The translations under genes were made by a program, and so were the position numbers. Shown here in pieces: positions 26,570 through 39,092 of a stretch of 64,000 bases of DNA. The DNA is taken from assembly GCF_035594765.1 (NCBI RefSeq), contig NC_085841.1, positions 342,311,402 through 342,375,401 on the forward strand. Reading direction: 5' to 3'. Every line of letters starts with the position of its first letter. The stretch's first letter is position 1. Source of the stretch: Anolis carolinensis (lineage: Eukaryota). The notes beneath the pieces were generated by a model. It was not told where the DNA came from. It did no database searches and saw nothing but the letters and a program-made list of their open reading frames with translations.

Positions 26570-28656
26570 GCGGGGCATGGGACAGAGACTGTATTGGTTT
26601 CCATCACGGATCATCTCCGATGCCAGCTTGACCAGGGCGGGTCGGTGCTGCTTGTGTTATTGGATCTCACAGCAGCATTTGACACAGTCTATCACAATCT
26701 TCTGACACACTGCCTTGCCGTTGCTGGAGTTAGGGGGACAGCTTTAAATTGGCTGGCCTCCTTTCTTCACAACCGTGGACAGCGAGTGGAGAGGGGAGGC
26801 CTGGTCTCTGAGAGGTCCCCTCTACATTGTGGGGTTCCTCAGGGGGCCATTCTCTCCCCTCTGTTGTTTAACATCTATATGCGACCACTTGCTCAGCTGG
26901 TCCGAGATTTCGGGCTCGAGTGTTATCAATATGCTGACGACACTCAGCTTGTGTTAAAGATGGAAGGCCGACCAGAGTCTGTACCCGACAGTTTTCATCA
27001 GTGCCTCGAGGCCATTATTGGATGGTTGCGTTCCAGTAGGTTGAGGGTGAATCCAGCAAAGACGGAGATTCTATGGCTGGGCCGACCGGGCAGTGGGGAT
27101 ATCCAGTTGCCAACCCTGGATGGCAAAGTGCTACGCCCGTCTTTACTGGTAAAGAGTCTGGGAGTCCTCTTGGACCCTTCATTGAAGATGGAGGCCCAGG
27201 TCTCCGCCGCTAGCAAAACTGCCCTTTTTCATCTTCGACAGGCTAGACGGCTAGCCCCCTATCTGTCTAGGGACAACCTGGCTATGGTGATCCAGGCTAT
27301 AGTCATCTCGAGACTGGATTACTGTAACGCCCTTTACATTGGCCTTCCTGTCAGAACCCTGGCAGCTGGGCACCAATAACCTTACACAGAGGCCAGTCTC
27401 TATCTAATATCTTTATTAAGGAAATATATAAAAGCAATAAAAACAAGTGAAAAATATAGTTCAGAAGCAGACCTTTCAAATGAGGTCAAATATAGTCCAA
27501 AAATGTATTGTCCAATAAATGATATTAGAGTTCAAAGTTTTAATCCACTTGACCGAAACACACACCTTGCCAAGCAATAGTGTGGGGAAATAACAGAGTC
27601 TTAGAGTCCAATGAAGCTTGACAACAAGGCTGGAAGTAAACTTGATTCTTGACTAGATCCGTGACTGGAGACAAGGCAAAACATGAAGCATGAAGCAGGG
27701 TCCGTGGTAAAAACGCAAGGCAGGGCAAGGCTTGAAGCTTGATCCGGGAAGCAAGGAACTGGGTTTACGAAGTCCACACACGATCTCTCTCCTGAAGGTG
27801 ATCAATTGACTCCGCAAGGAATCTCTCGCGCCAAACCCCTATATTGGGTCTCGTTTTCCCGCCAACAATCTCTTTCCCTAGAGAACGAGAAGCGAAACCC
27901 AACTCTGTCCAGATGCAAGACTCCTTAGAATTTCCCAAGGGAAGCAGACCTAATCAGCCATTTGTTTGTTTGCTCTTGTTGAACCAGCGAAAACCCCATG
28001 TTTTCATCTTCATCTGCCACAATAGTACTAGGAACAGGACTACAAGGCCCATGAGGCATCACACTTCCTGTGTCGGTGATCCGGAAGCTCAAATTGGTGC
28101 AAAATGCAGCTGCCTGGCTCCTTGCAGGAGTCCCAATAAGATGCCACATAACACCAATCTTACGGCAGCTGCACTGCTTACCAATTGAGCACCGGATCAC
28201 TTTCAAAATGATGGTGCTTACCTTCAAGGCCTTACATGGTCTAGGGCCGATGTACCTGAGGGACCGCCTCACTCCCTACAAACCCCAGAGATCCCTCTGT
28301 TCTGAGGACCAAGACCTGTTGGAAGTCCCCAGTTTTAAGACCTGGCGTCTAACAACAACTAGACGCAGAGCCTTTTCAGTAGTGGCGCCATCTCTGTGGA
28401 ACACCTTGCCACCTGAAGTTCGTGCCTTGCGGGACTTGTCGGCCTTCCACAGGGCATGTAAGACACATCTGTTTCGACAGGCTTTTGAGTTCTGTTGTTG
28501 ATGTTTTAAAAGGTGCTTTTAGGATGTTTTTAAGATGTTTTTTTAAAAGATGTTTTAAAGATGTTTTTAAATTGTTGTTTTTAGCCAGTTCTTGTAAGCT
28601 GCTCCGAGCCCTAGGGGAGTGGCGGCATATAAGTTTGAAAAATAAATAAATAAATC
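26570..28656 (+). mobile_element. 5'-truncated young L2 LINE (RT domain, 3' UTR, (TAAA)n tail), split by a solo LTR
   Basis: ORF 26555-27379 has GHGTET, LLDLTAAFDTV, GVPQGAILSPLLFNIY and QYADDTQL. It continues after the LTR as ORF 28070-28501 (LKLVQNAAA..HITPILRQLH). Tail AATAAATAAATAAAT. Confidence 0.93.
27349..28063 (-). mobile_element. Solo LTR (Gypsy-like), 715 bp
   Basis: TG...CA ends; perfect 5-bp TSD CTTCC (27344-27348, 28064-28068). AATAAA and a TATA-like element lie on the minus strand. Confidence 0.9.
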
Positions 28657-30610
28657 TTTTGCTTCGTAGCATTGCACTGTTTATACACTGATCAACTACG
28701 GTGCATTTTATCATTTGATCTGAAATTCCTAGTGAGATGTGAATTCGAGGTTGCATTGGAGGTGTACTTGTTATGGCTTGAATTGCGATATCTGGTGAGT
28801 TTTTTTTAATCATACTGCATCAGGATTCACTTTAGAGCTGGATTCACTTTAGAACTCTCATTGTGGTGTACATTTTCAAGCATTCAAGGGATCTGGCTTC
28901 CATCTTGATTATTTTTCCTGTGTAGAGATGGGGACTTAGAATGACTTCCTGAGGCTGCATCTACACTGCCATATGATACTGTGTGGGAGTCACATTAGCC
29001 TGGTGCATCCATACAATGCCCACTGGCTTATGCAGTTTAATCCACTGTAAACCGCTTAATGTGGCTGAACTCCAGATTTAAAAAACACTGGGGAATTTCC
29101 AATGTTGGGGCAGTGGGGACAGTCATTCTGGATCCCTATGCGGGGGCCAGGGTTGTGTCACTACAACCATTCCACACTCTCCAGGCTCAGCAGCACAGAG
29201 AGGTGGGATAGCAGTCCCTTTCTGCCCCCAGCATCCACATTTCCACTCAAAAGCAAGGAAAATTCCTCCTACTGGCACTACTTGCTCTTCCCTTCCTCCT
29301 TCTTTGTCATTCAGTGAACCTAACAGCTTCATAGGAGGAAAAGGATCTCACTCCTCCAAAACTTCTTTCCAGATGAGAGCTTGTGTATTCTATCCCTCTT
29401 ACCTTAAGCCTGTTTAGGTAAAAAACAAACAAACAAACAAACCCCAAGACATACTCTCAAACTGTTTCAGTTTGGCATTGGCAATCCCAATTAAATCTCC
29501 ATCATCCCACTTTGTCGGCTGCTGTTTCTCTCTTTCTCATATGTTCCCTCTTTCCCCACATCTTACTTCCATTGATGCAAACCGAGCTTTAAAGTACATA
29601 AGTTGTTTGTAAATTAACTCATGGGGAAAGGTCACAAAGAGAAGGGGACATATCTTGCCCTTCTCAGGAGGACAAGCAACAGCAAAATGTTGCAGCCCCT
29701 CCTAGCTTATGTGTTTTTCTTCCTTAATATCTTTTGTCATCTTGACCAAACCCTGATGTTGCTTGGCAATAACTGTCCTGGTTTTTGTCTGTGAAATGTT
29801 GGAGGGGATGCCAAGAATGAACTATGGAGTAGGTGAATCTTCTGAATGAAACATATCTGCCTGACTGCTGTTTATAACTTGTTGGTGCTTTCTTGTTGCT
29901 GTTGAACTTGGGTGTGGATACCTGTGTGGCTGCATTATACATAGGAGTTGCCCATCAGTTGGACATATGTAAACTTGTATATTTATTTATTTTTGCATAA
30001 TCTCTTTTATAAGACATATGGTAAAAGATCCAAACTGAGCAGACCAGACTTGTTATATACATTATAAAGTAAAACATGACAAAATATTCTTAATAACACT
30101 CCCGAGAAATTTGTATCACATAGTACCTGCTTTGTTTTTTCCATACCTCTCATATACAGAATCCAAACATAAAGTTGGATTTTCAGGAACACAGTGACTG
30201 TCACTTCCTACACCATTTGGGAGAGTGCTGAAAAAGAATGGAGAAAACTCCCCCTACTGGCTCTAGCTATGAAGCATCATTTATTTCATATTACTATTCT
30301 GTAGACAAATGCATCCCACCCTTGGTTCAAGATGTTCTCCTGCTTAAGACATGTTTGCTTATTTAAATATATTAATTTTACTTGCTTATTCATAGTAAAT
30401 GTAAAATAGATGCTGTTTATTTATACAAATGTAAATTATTTATTCATATCCTGTCATTCTGCAGAATACAAAAAAGCATTTAAGGCAACTGACAGTAGTA
30501 AAATTAAAGACAAATATAATTAAAACAAAACCAGGTCAATTCCAATTAAAATCACACAGTAAAAAGGAGCATTGTCACCTAACTTCTCAGAACCTTTTGT
30601 CTCTTTAGGC

Positions 30611-30744
30611 CAGGCATGGACAAACTTCAGCCTTCTGGGTATTTTGGATTTCAACTCTCACAATTCCTAACAGCCTACTGGCTGTTAAGAATTGTAGGAG
30701 TTTAAGTCCAAAACACCCAGAGGGCCAAAGTTTGCCCATGCCTG
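30611..30744. mobile_element. hAT MITE
   Basis: TIR CAGGCATGGACAAACTT / AAGTTTGCCCATGCCTG. 8-bp TSD CTTTAGGC / CTCTAGGC. Confidence 0.87.
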
Positions 30745-33544
30745 CTCTAGGCTTTCAGCTGTAAAGTTCTAAACAACTTGGGGTCTTGATGTCTGAAAAT
30801 GCATCTCTTTCTACATCTGCCTACCGGACCTTCAGGTCATGGTAAATGTATTCCTTGTAATCTACTGGAAACCTCCCTTCCCATGGATCTACCGGTATCA
30901 GTAGATCCAGATCTGCCCATGGTCCCCTCGAAATAGTTGTTCCCAGGGTAAGCAGAATGTGAGCTTTGTGTGCTTAGTTTTACAGATAGTGGAATGGATA
31001 GAAATATGAATGGGATTCTCGAGCATATTCCTTCTTCATACTACAGTATTGGAAAAGTTTATGCTTTTAATAAAATTAACGTTACTGATGAATTTGGTTG
31101 TTTATGCCTCATCACATTGAGGTCCACATGGCGGGCAATAATGGGAGGATTCACCATGCAACGAAGCAAATCCGGTGGACAGTGAGAAGCAACCATTGTC
31201 CCATACCCAGCATTGCCACTTACTCATTCCACAGGGGGAATGCTTGCCTTGTTCTTCTCATTGAGAAAATAGGGAGCCTCAAATAATTGACTTAAATAAA
31301 GTATTAAAAAAGGAAAAAAGAAGGGAAAGATGGGAAACATACCAGAATATAGTATGTAAGGTATGGAGCCATGTTAGTTAAGTAGTTCTACACATGAGTC
31401 TATTGTATCATCAAAGATATAGGGGGTGAGGGAGTATACATATTCTTTAGTACAGGGAGGAACTGAAGTAAGTGAAATAAGTTCCAACTATGGCATCTTC
31501 TCCAACAAGAGTAACAGATTATCAAATTTTGTCTTTAAACTATTACTTTCCTCACTTGATTCTTGGAGGCCCAAATATCTCCACAACTAAGTGATCTACA
31601 ATTTGTTGCAGTTTGCAAAGTCTCATGAATAAGCATTTAACTTTAATCTTCCTGCCCTGTAGCATGTCTGCAGTGTGTCCATATAAAATATGCTCTTTCA
31701 TGCAGTTAAGACCAAAATAGACCTCAGTATCTTTGAATTAATCTTAGACCTGGCCCAAAAAAGAACTACAGATTCAACATCTGCTGCACCACTGACAAGA
31801 CCTGGATACAAACCTAAGGGTAGAATAATAAAACCCAAAAGACAATGCCAGAAGGGAAGGGGAAGGGAGTAGGGGTCTATAGTACAAATTAAAACTTTAA
31901 GTGTCACTTCACAGAAACTTCATTTCATTGATTTGACAGTTTTTATATTTGCTCCTAAGTCTTAAAAATCCTGGGGGCAATTGACTGTCCTAGGGAAAGA
32001 GACTATATAAAGACTCAGTTGTGAAACATTTATCATTGTGATGTACAATGTGTAGATGAATAGAGAGAAGCCTTGGTGTTTGAATTATCATTACATTTCT
32101 CAAATATATATATTTAGAATCTTTATAGTCTGCATTTCCAGCAGCAAGTAGCTTTTGGAAATAAATACAATACACCAAAAGGAATTAAAAGCAACATCTT
32201 GGAGGCAACAATGAAAGAAAACCACATTGCCATGTACCACAGGAAACCTTAAAACTGCCCCATGACATTTTGCTACTGGAGGCAAAAGACAGATGCTATC
32301 TGCTCCCATTCTAGACAACGAGGTTGATCAAATTGTTATCCGAATCTTACATCAGCACTGTGTCAGCAATGCGGGTTATGGAAAACAAGGATTATCTAGT
32401 ATAGTGCGGTTTAGCCCATGGCCCATGAGCCGCATGCAGCCCACCAATTCATTCTTGTTGGCCTTTGCCCTCCTTACTGGAAAAATATTTCAATTATGTT
32501 ATTAAATATTAATTTTTTAAATATGGAATTCAGTATTAATTATGTAATTCAATTTCTTTCTGGAAGGTCTCTGGCCCTCACATTCCTATACTAAAGTTTG
32601 ATTGGCCCTCGGGTAACTAAAAGTTGGACCACACTGATCTAGTAGATGTACCCTAGTGATTCAACTTCCTTCCACAATGCTTCCCTCACGCCACAGAATC
32701 TGCTGTCTATCTAATGGTACAGCTGGCTCAGGGATCCCTACAATGAACAGCGTTAGGACTACCAATGATTTAAATTGAAAGATAGCGTCCGATAAGACGT
32801 TTGTCCTACCTTTTAGGGTCTCCATAACTACAGTCCCAGCAATGGCACTATGGTGGTGGGGTTGTGTACTTTTGTGAGGCAATAGGCTATGCTGACAGCT
32901 ACAGGGCTTCTGGTAGGGTTTTGCATGTCAGGCAGGCTTTTACCGGGGAGACAAAATAAATGTGCCGAAATAGCTACTGGGCACATTTATTTTATAACAG
33001 TATTTTCCATTCCTAAGTATGGTTGTAAAAGCTGGCAAATGAAGAAAGCTGATATGAAGACGGTCAACTCACTTGAAATGTGGTGCTGCAGAAGAGTTCT
33101 ACAGATAGTGTGGGCTGCTAAAAAGATAAATAAATGGGCCCTGGAGCAAATGAAGCCTGGAATCTCCCTAGAATCTCCCAAGATGATTAAATTACACCCA
33201 CTTTCCCAAGCATAAACACTACTGAATATAGTTGGACCTATTTATGATAAGACATGAATAGGATAGTGTTGTCAAAGTTGCAATTCTGTACATACCTTTG
33301 GAGGGGGAATAACATCAGTGATGTCAAAAACAACAAGGAGCAATATTACTTGTATGAGCATAGGTGAGCATTTGTGAATATGTGCATATACTGCTGGGTG
33401 GAGAAACATAAATTGCAATACAAGTCATGTACAAGGCCGGCCATAGGTAATTTTCAAGTGTAAGCAAGCAGTATTTTTGGTCCCCCCCCCCCCTCAAACC
33501 AATCACTGAAAAATAAAAGGTAGAAGGTAGAGGTGAATAGAATA

Positions 33545-33735
33545 TATATGTGTGTGTGTGTAACACACACACACACACACATGGCACATATGGTTCCTGG
33601 TGTGTGTGTGTGTGTGTGTATATCTATATCTTATATATACATACACATACACGCAATGTGGAGAATATGTGGCAAGATAGATAGATAGATAGATAGGTAG
33701 GTAGGGATAGATAGATAGATATATAGATAGATAGG
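33545..33735. repeat. Compound microsatellite (TG)n/(CA)n/(TG)n/(GATA)n
   Basis: Direct reading of the sequence. Confidence 0.9.
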
Positions 33736-33789
33736 GAGCCATGGCGGAGGAACCTTCTCGGGAGCAAGGCCTAATAATAATAATAGTAA

Positions 33790-34055
33790 TAAGGATTCCT
33801 CCAGGCAGGAAGCAGCCAAGCTTTGAAGCTGAAAGGTTATTCAATGCTAATCAAGGTGGGCAATTGAAACATTTACACTTGCCTCCAACAGACAAGAGTT
33901 CTTTCTTTCTCCCACTCTGGACCTTCCACAGATATATAAACCCCATTTGACTAATTTCCAACCTCTGAGGATGCCTGCTATAGATGCAGGTGAAACGTCA
34001 GGAGAGAATGCTTCTGGAGCATAGCCATACAGCCCAGAAAGCTCACAGTAACCCA
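33790..34055 (+). mobile_element. Penelope-like pseudo-LTR fragment
   Basis: Homologous to 34660-34920 and 3197-3292. TATA-like GATATATAAACCCC upstream of a hammerhead motif. Confidence 0.8.
33962..34002 (+). ncRNA. Minimal type I hammerhead ribozyme motif (core intact)
   Basis: CCT-CTGAGGA-T-GCCTGC(TATAGAT)GCAGGT-GAAAC-GTC-AGG: CUGANGA and GAAA boxes, 6-bp stem II, GUC cleavage triplet (33997-33999), stem I CCU/AGG, loopless palindromic stem III. Confidence 0.75.
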
Positions 34056-34099
34056 CTTCTCTTTATCATATTACACAAATGTAATGTGCACCTCAATTT

Positions 34100-34294
34100 G
34101 GCACCTGTTTCGGCAGGCTTTTGATTTCTGTTATTGATGTTTTTAAAAGATGTTTTGAAGATGTTTTTAAGTTGTTTTAAGATGTTTTTAAATTGTTAGA
34201 TTTTAGCCTGTTCTTGTAAGCCACCCCGAGCCCTAGGGGAGTAGCGGCATGTAAGTTTGAATAATAAATAAATAAATAAATAAATAAATAAATT
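34100..34294 (+). mobile_element. Very short L2 3' end (same family as 26570-28656)
   Basis: Near-identical to 28463-28656, with a (TAAA)n tail. Confidence 0.88.
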
Positions 34295-34551
34295 TTGTGA
34301 TAGTCATTTAGGCAAAAAAAGGTGTGGCTGAGATTAATGTAAATATGGTAGTTTTAGCCTTCTTACTCAGATAGAAGCTTGAATAGGGCTACAGTAACTA
34401 GGCTTTGGCATTTTGGAGAATATGCTCAGCATGATAACTATGGTCCCTGCCCTCTGTTGAGCATGAGAATGATGAGAAGACCTTCTTCTCAACCTCTGAC
34501 AACTCTGATGGCAAGGCTGGGGTGGCTTATTTGAAGTGGGGACAAAGTTAG

Positions 34552-34950
34552 TAGATGTGGGCGAAACGTCAGTATTTTAAAAACTCTAAAATCTAAAATA
34601 AAGAACACCACTCAGAAAACAGAAGAATTCCAGACAGGAAATAATCAGGGCCTCCCAACAAAGGATTAACCCAAGCAGAAAGCAGCCAGGCTTTGAAGAT
34701 GCAAGGCTATTTAATGCTAAATCAAGGTGGCGAATTGCAACATTCACACCTGCCTCAGACAAGAGTTCTTTTTCCCATCCTGAACATTCCAAATATATAT
34801 AAACCCCACTTGCCTAGTTTCCAAGAGACCTCACAGCCTCTGAGGATGCCTGCCATAGATTCAAGCGAAACGCCAGGAGGGAATGCTTCTGAAACATAGT
34901 CATACAGCCCAGAAAACTGATTCTGGCCATGAAAGCCTTCGGCAACACAA
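34552..34950 (+). mobile_element. Penelope-like pseudo-LTR with degenerate hammerhead
   Basis: CTGAGGA at 34840-34846, eroded stem II, GAAACGCC. Ends GGCCATGAAAGCCTTCGGCAACACA like the 3111 copy. A hammerhead half-site lies at 34552-34572. Confidence 0.8.
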
Positions 34951-35024
34951 TAAATTTATCATCCTCCTCCTCCTAGTTATGAAGAGATGGGTAATAAATG
35001 TATTAATATTATAATTAATATTAA

Positions 35025-35086
35025 TATTGATGTCCATCTCCAAAAAGGGATGCACTTGGGCACAATCCCTTCAACTGCCCTGGTTC

Positions 35087-35156
<70 letters not shown>

Positions 35157-35214
35157 GATGTCAATCTCCAAAAAAGGATGCACTTGGGCACAATCCCTTC
35201 AACTGCCCTGGTTC

Positions 35215-35251
<37 letters not shown>

Positions 35252-35281
35252 GATGTCAATCTCCAAAAAAGGATGCACTTT
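35025..35281. repeat. Compound tandem repeat: ~60-bp unit plus (ATT)n, 2 full copies and 1 partial
   Basis: ATTGATGTC.ATCTCCAAAAA.GGATGCACTT(GGGCACAATCCCTTCAACTGCCCTGGTTCT) at ~35025, ~35153 and ~35249, separated by (ATT)n tracts. Confidence 0.9.
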
Positions 35282-35352
35282 GAAATAATTTGAAACAACC
35301 AATAAATCACCACACTTAAGCTAACTTTGTTCCATGATGGGAGGGTCTTATG

Positions 35353-36221
35353 TGTCAGACCCCTGGCTGCTGGGCACCAATAACCGTACACGGAGGCCAA
35401 TATCTATCTAATATCTTTATTAAGGAAATATATAAAAGCAATAAAAACAAGTGAAGAATATGGTTCAGAAGCAGACCTTTCAAATGAGGTCAAATATAGT
35501 CCAAAAATGTATTGTCCAATAAATGATATTAGAGTTCAAAGTTTTAATCCACTTGACCGAAACACACACTTTTGCCAAGCAATAGTGTGGGGAAATGTCA
35601 GAGTCTTAGAGTCCAATGAAGCTTGACAACAAGGCTGGAAATAAACTTGGTTCTTGGCTAGGTCCGTGACTAGAAACAAGGCAAAACGTGAAGCGTGGAG
35701 CAGGGTCCGTGGTTAAACAGCAAGGCAAGGCAAAGGCTTGAAAACTTGATCCGGGAAGCAAGGAACTGGGGTTACGAAGTCCACACACGATCTCTCTCCT
35801 GAAGCTGATCAATTGACTCCGCAAAGAATCTCCCGCGCCAAACACCTATATTGGGTCTCGTTTTCCCGCCAACAATCTCTTTCCCTAGAGAACGAGAAGC
35901 GAAACCCAACTCTGTCCAGATGCATGACTCCTTAGAATTTCCCAAGGGAAGCAGGCCTAATCAGCCTGTTGTTTGGCAGCGATCCGTAAACTTCTCCGAT
36001 TTGCTTCTCTAACTCCTCTGTCTCTAGAGTAAGATTCCTTCCTGGGAAACGGAGGGGAGTACTGTCCAAGGCCTGTTTTACTGAATTCTTGAGGGCAAAC
36101 ATCAACATCCGGCAGGTGAAGGGACTCCGGCTCTTGTTGAACCGGCGAAAATCCCATGTTTTCATCTTCATCTGCCACGATAGTACTAGGAACAGGACTA
36201 CAAGGCCCATGAGGCATCACA
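35353..36221 (-). mobile_element. Solo LTR (Gypsy-like), 869 bp, same family as 27349-28063
   Basis: TG...CA ends; perfect 5-bp TSD TTATG (35348-35352, 36222-36226). Confidence 0.9.
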
Positions 36222-36394
36222 TTATGTGACTTGTCTTCTCAATTCCAAATTGGATTAATAGTGGTGGATGTGACTCCAAGATAGAATAAAAATAATCTAT
36301 GCTGGGGGTGTGACAGAAATATGTTACAGAAATATAGTATGGATTCACCCTGGGGACATTTATCCCGTTAATGGTGACAAGTACTGTATTTCTT

Positions 36395-36713
36395 AGAAGC
36401 TGCGGTAATGCAGTGGGTTAAACCGTCAAGCTGTAGAACTTGCTGATCAGAAGGTCAGCGGCTCAAATCTGTGGATGGGGTGAGTTCCCATTGTTAGCTC
36501 CAGCTTCTGCCAACCTAGCAGTTTGAAACCTTGCAATTGTGAGTAGATCAATAGGTAACGCTTCGGTGGAAAGGTAATGGCGCTCCATGCAGTCATGCCG
36601 GCCACATGACCTAGGAGGTGTCTATGGACAATGTTGGCTCTTTGGCTTAGAAATGGAGTTAAGCACCAACCCCAAGTTGGACATGACTAGACTTAATGTC
36701 AAGAGGAAACCTT
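36395..36713 (+). mobile_element. Sauria SINE-like element
   Basis: tRNA-like head, characteristic body and ACCTTT tail. 13-bp TSD TACTGTATTTCTT (36382-36394, 36714-36726). Confidence 0.85.
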
Positions 36714-38800
36714 TACTGTATTTCTTTCAAGATTATGCAAATGATTTCAAAAGTACAGCCATATGGATTTGGATAGGCAATTTTCATATTTTGATCTATT
36801 TTTGAGTATGCCTTCTCTCTTTGTTTGCATAATCAATTGCCTAATTAATTGTGGGTGGAACTGCACAGAACTATTGGGAGCTTTTTTTTTTTTTTTGCAG
36901 AATCCATCAGGTAAGTGATCCAGTTGCTGAAGACTGCAAAAACACAAAGTAAGAATTGTCTCCAGCCACAAACTAGAATCTTCCCCTCCACTACTTATGC
37001 TTTCAAGAAGAAAAAGAGTTGGTTACAGCCATGATGATGGGATTTGGTTGGCTCTCATTATATAATGTAGTGTTGGGCTGCTGTGCATTTCCTGAAATGA
37101 TTTAACCATAAATTTTCTGTCTATTAGTAAAACCAGTTTCTTGCTCAAAGAAACAGCTGTGTCCTGCCTGCAGCCTGCAAAAGAATGGCATTAGTCACAT
37201 GCCGTCCAACACGGAGCACAATTGAAAAGTTCGCTGTATGAGACTGACAGCAGCTATTCATATCAAATCATTCCACCATCTGCCTGAATGGCAGGGTTCT
37301 GGCAACAGTTCCCCTCCCCCTACATGTTGTCTATATGGGTCTCAAAATTTCACCCATAAATTAAATCCCTGCACAGGGTAGAAAAAAATTGAAAGGCAAA
37401 AGGAGACAGAAGACTAAACTCCCTTCCCTACTCCAAAAAATTCACAATGGAGCTGATGACATATGCATTATATTTCTGTTCGTTGGTCAATGTCCACCTA
37501 TTTATTTAGACACAGGCATATCTGGATGAATTTGATTTACCTATTTGTACTTATTCTCTCTAGCCATTCATCCTTTTGATTTTTCCCTTAATCTTATAAT
37601 TTTTATAATGTTAAAAATGTTTTCCAATTCCAATAGATATTAAACATGGGTGAAAAAACTTTCGAATTGCCTTGAAATCACACTACATTCAATTATCAGC
37701 TTAACAATGTGCAACAAACACCCTTAAAAACTAGCTTCTCTTTTATAGAAAAAAATATTTTAGAAAAGGGAAGGGCTTCAGTATAATTTTCTCCTTTTTT
37801 CACATGAAAACAAATAACCTCATATAATTTCTCACTTGTCCTTAAGCAATTTTTCATATAAACACTAACTCTTCTCCTCATGTTAACTGGAAGCAATTAC
37901 TTTGTTAAATTGTTTTCTCCTGCCATGATGAAAAAATTAACTTAGCTTCTCCCACTCACTCTTCGTTCAGGGCCATAAAAGGACAAAGGATGCGGGAGGT
38001 TGCCTGTGACATGAGTACGGATATGAATAACATTTTTGAAAGTATTTGTGAACAATTTGAATGATGCGCAAGGTAGAAATCTAACAAATCTTAAATAGCA
38101 TCTATAAGGAATTTGTGTAAGCAGTTCATGGTAAAATATCAGTGTTTAAAAACATGTGTTCATATGAGTATCATCGTTACCGTCATCATCACAGGTGATG
38201 ATCACTCATGGCTGAGGGTAGAGTCTTTTCCAAAGGTAGAGTCTGGGAAATGGGTCTATAAGTGACTGTAAAGACCGTAGAGGAACTATCATTGCATAAG
38301 ATTCCCAGGGACTGAGCAGGGACTGTGGATGTCACTGATTTGAATGACTGCACCAGCAGAATCAACTCAGCAAATACAGAGGGTATCATAAATGCATACA
38401 CATTTTAAGAAAGGAAAAAAACTATAAAAATTGTAATACTCAATATATATATACATATATAACAAAAGATGAATACAAGTCAAGTTTGACTTCTGCAATT
38501 ACAAGAGGTGCTTAAAGTGGTTATTGTCAGTGTCCAGACACTTCTGATTATGGCAAACTATTGATTAAGCAACATTGACCAAAATATCTACTTGTGTCGC
38601 TATACATGCCATTTTAATTTCTTCCTGAAGTTATACCAGTGTAGCTAGTTTTTTTTATGGTACACATCATTTAAGAGTCCCCAGGGGAAGAAGTCAAGGG
38701 GTTTTAAATCAGGAGAATGTGGGGAAACTCAACCACACCTCTTCATCCTATCCATTATCCTGGCAAATTCCCATCAAGGTAAGCTCTCATCTCTTGGTGG

Positions 38801-39064
38801 GAGCCCCCAGATGGTGTAGTAGACTAAGTGAATTGAAGGTTGGTTTGCTGACCTGAAAGCTGCCAGGTTCGAATCCCACCCGGGGAGAGTGAGGATCAGC
38901 TCCCTCTATCAGCTCCAGCTCCATGCGGGGACATGAGAGAAGCCTCCCACAAGGATGGTAAAAACATCAAAAAAACATCCGGGCGTCCCCTGGGCAACGT
39001 CCTTGCAGACGGCCAATTCTCTCACTCCAGAAGCGACTCAAGTTGCTCCTGACACGAAAAAAAA
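38801..39064 (+). mobile_element. tRNA-derived SINE (Anolis SINE2-like)
   Basis: B-box GGTTCGAATCCC, A tail, 12-bp TSD ATCTCTTGGTGG (38789-38800, 39065-39076). Confidence 0.9.
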
Positions 39065-39092
39065 ATCTCTTGGTGGAAGTACAATGAGGCAC

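Noticed and set aside
35025-35281. CRISPR-like repeat-spacer array
   Set aside because: Eukaryotic context; the spacers are just (ATT)n; no cas genes.
34977-35400. Poly-Asn/Ile/Leu/Tyr ORFs (also 59711-59941, 33503-33844)
   Set aside because: Translations of microsatellites.
27349-36221. One full-length LTR retrotransposon bounded by the two LTRs
   Set aside because: Each LTR has its own TSD, the L2 continues directly after the first LTR, and no gag/pol is seen between them.
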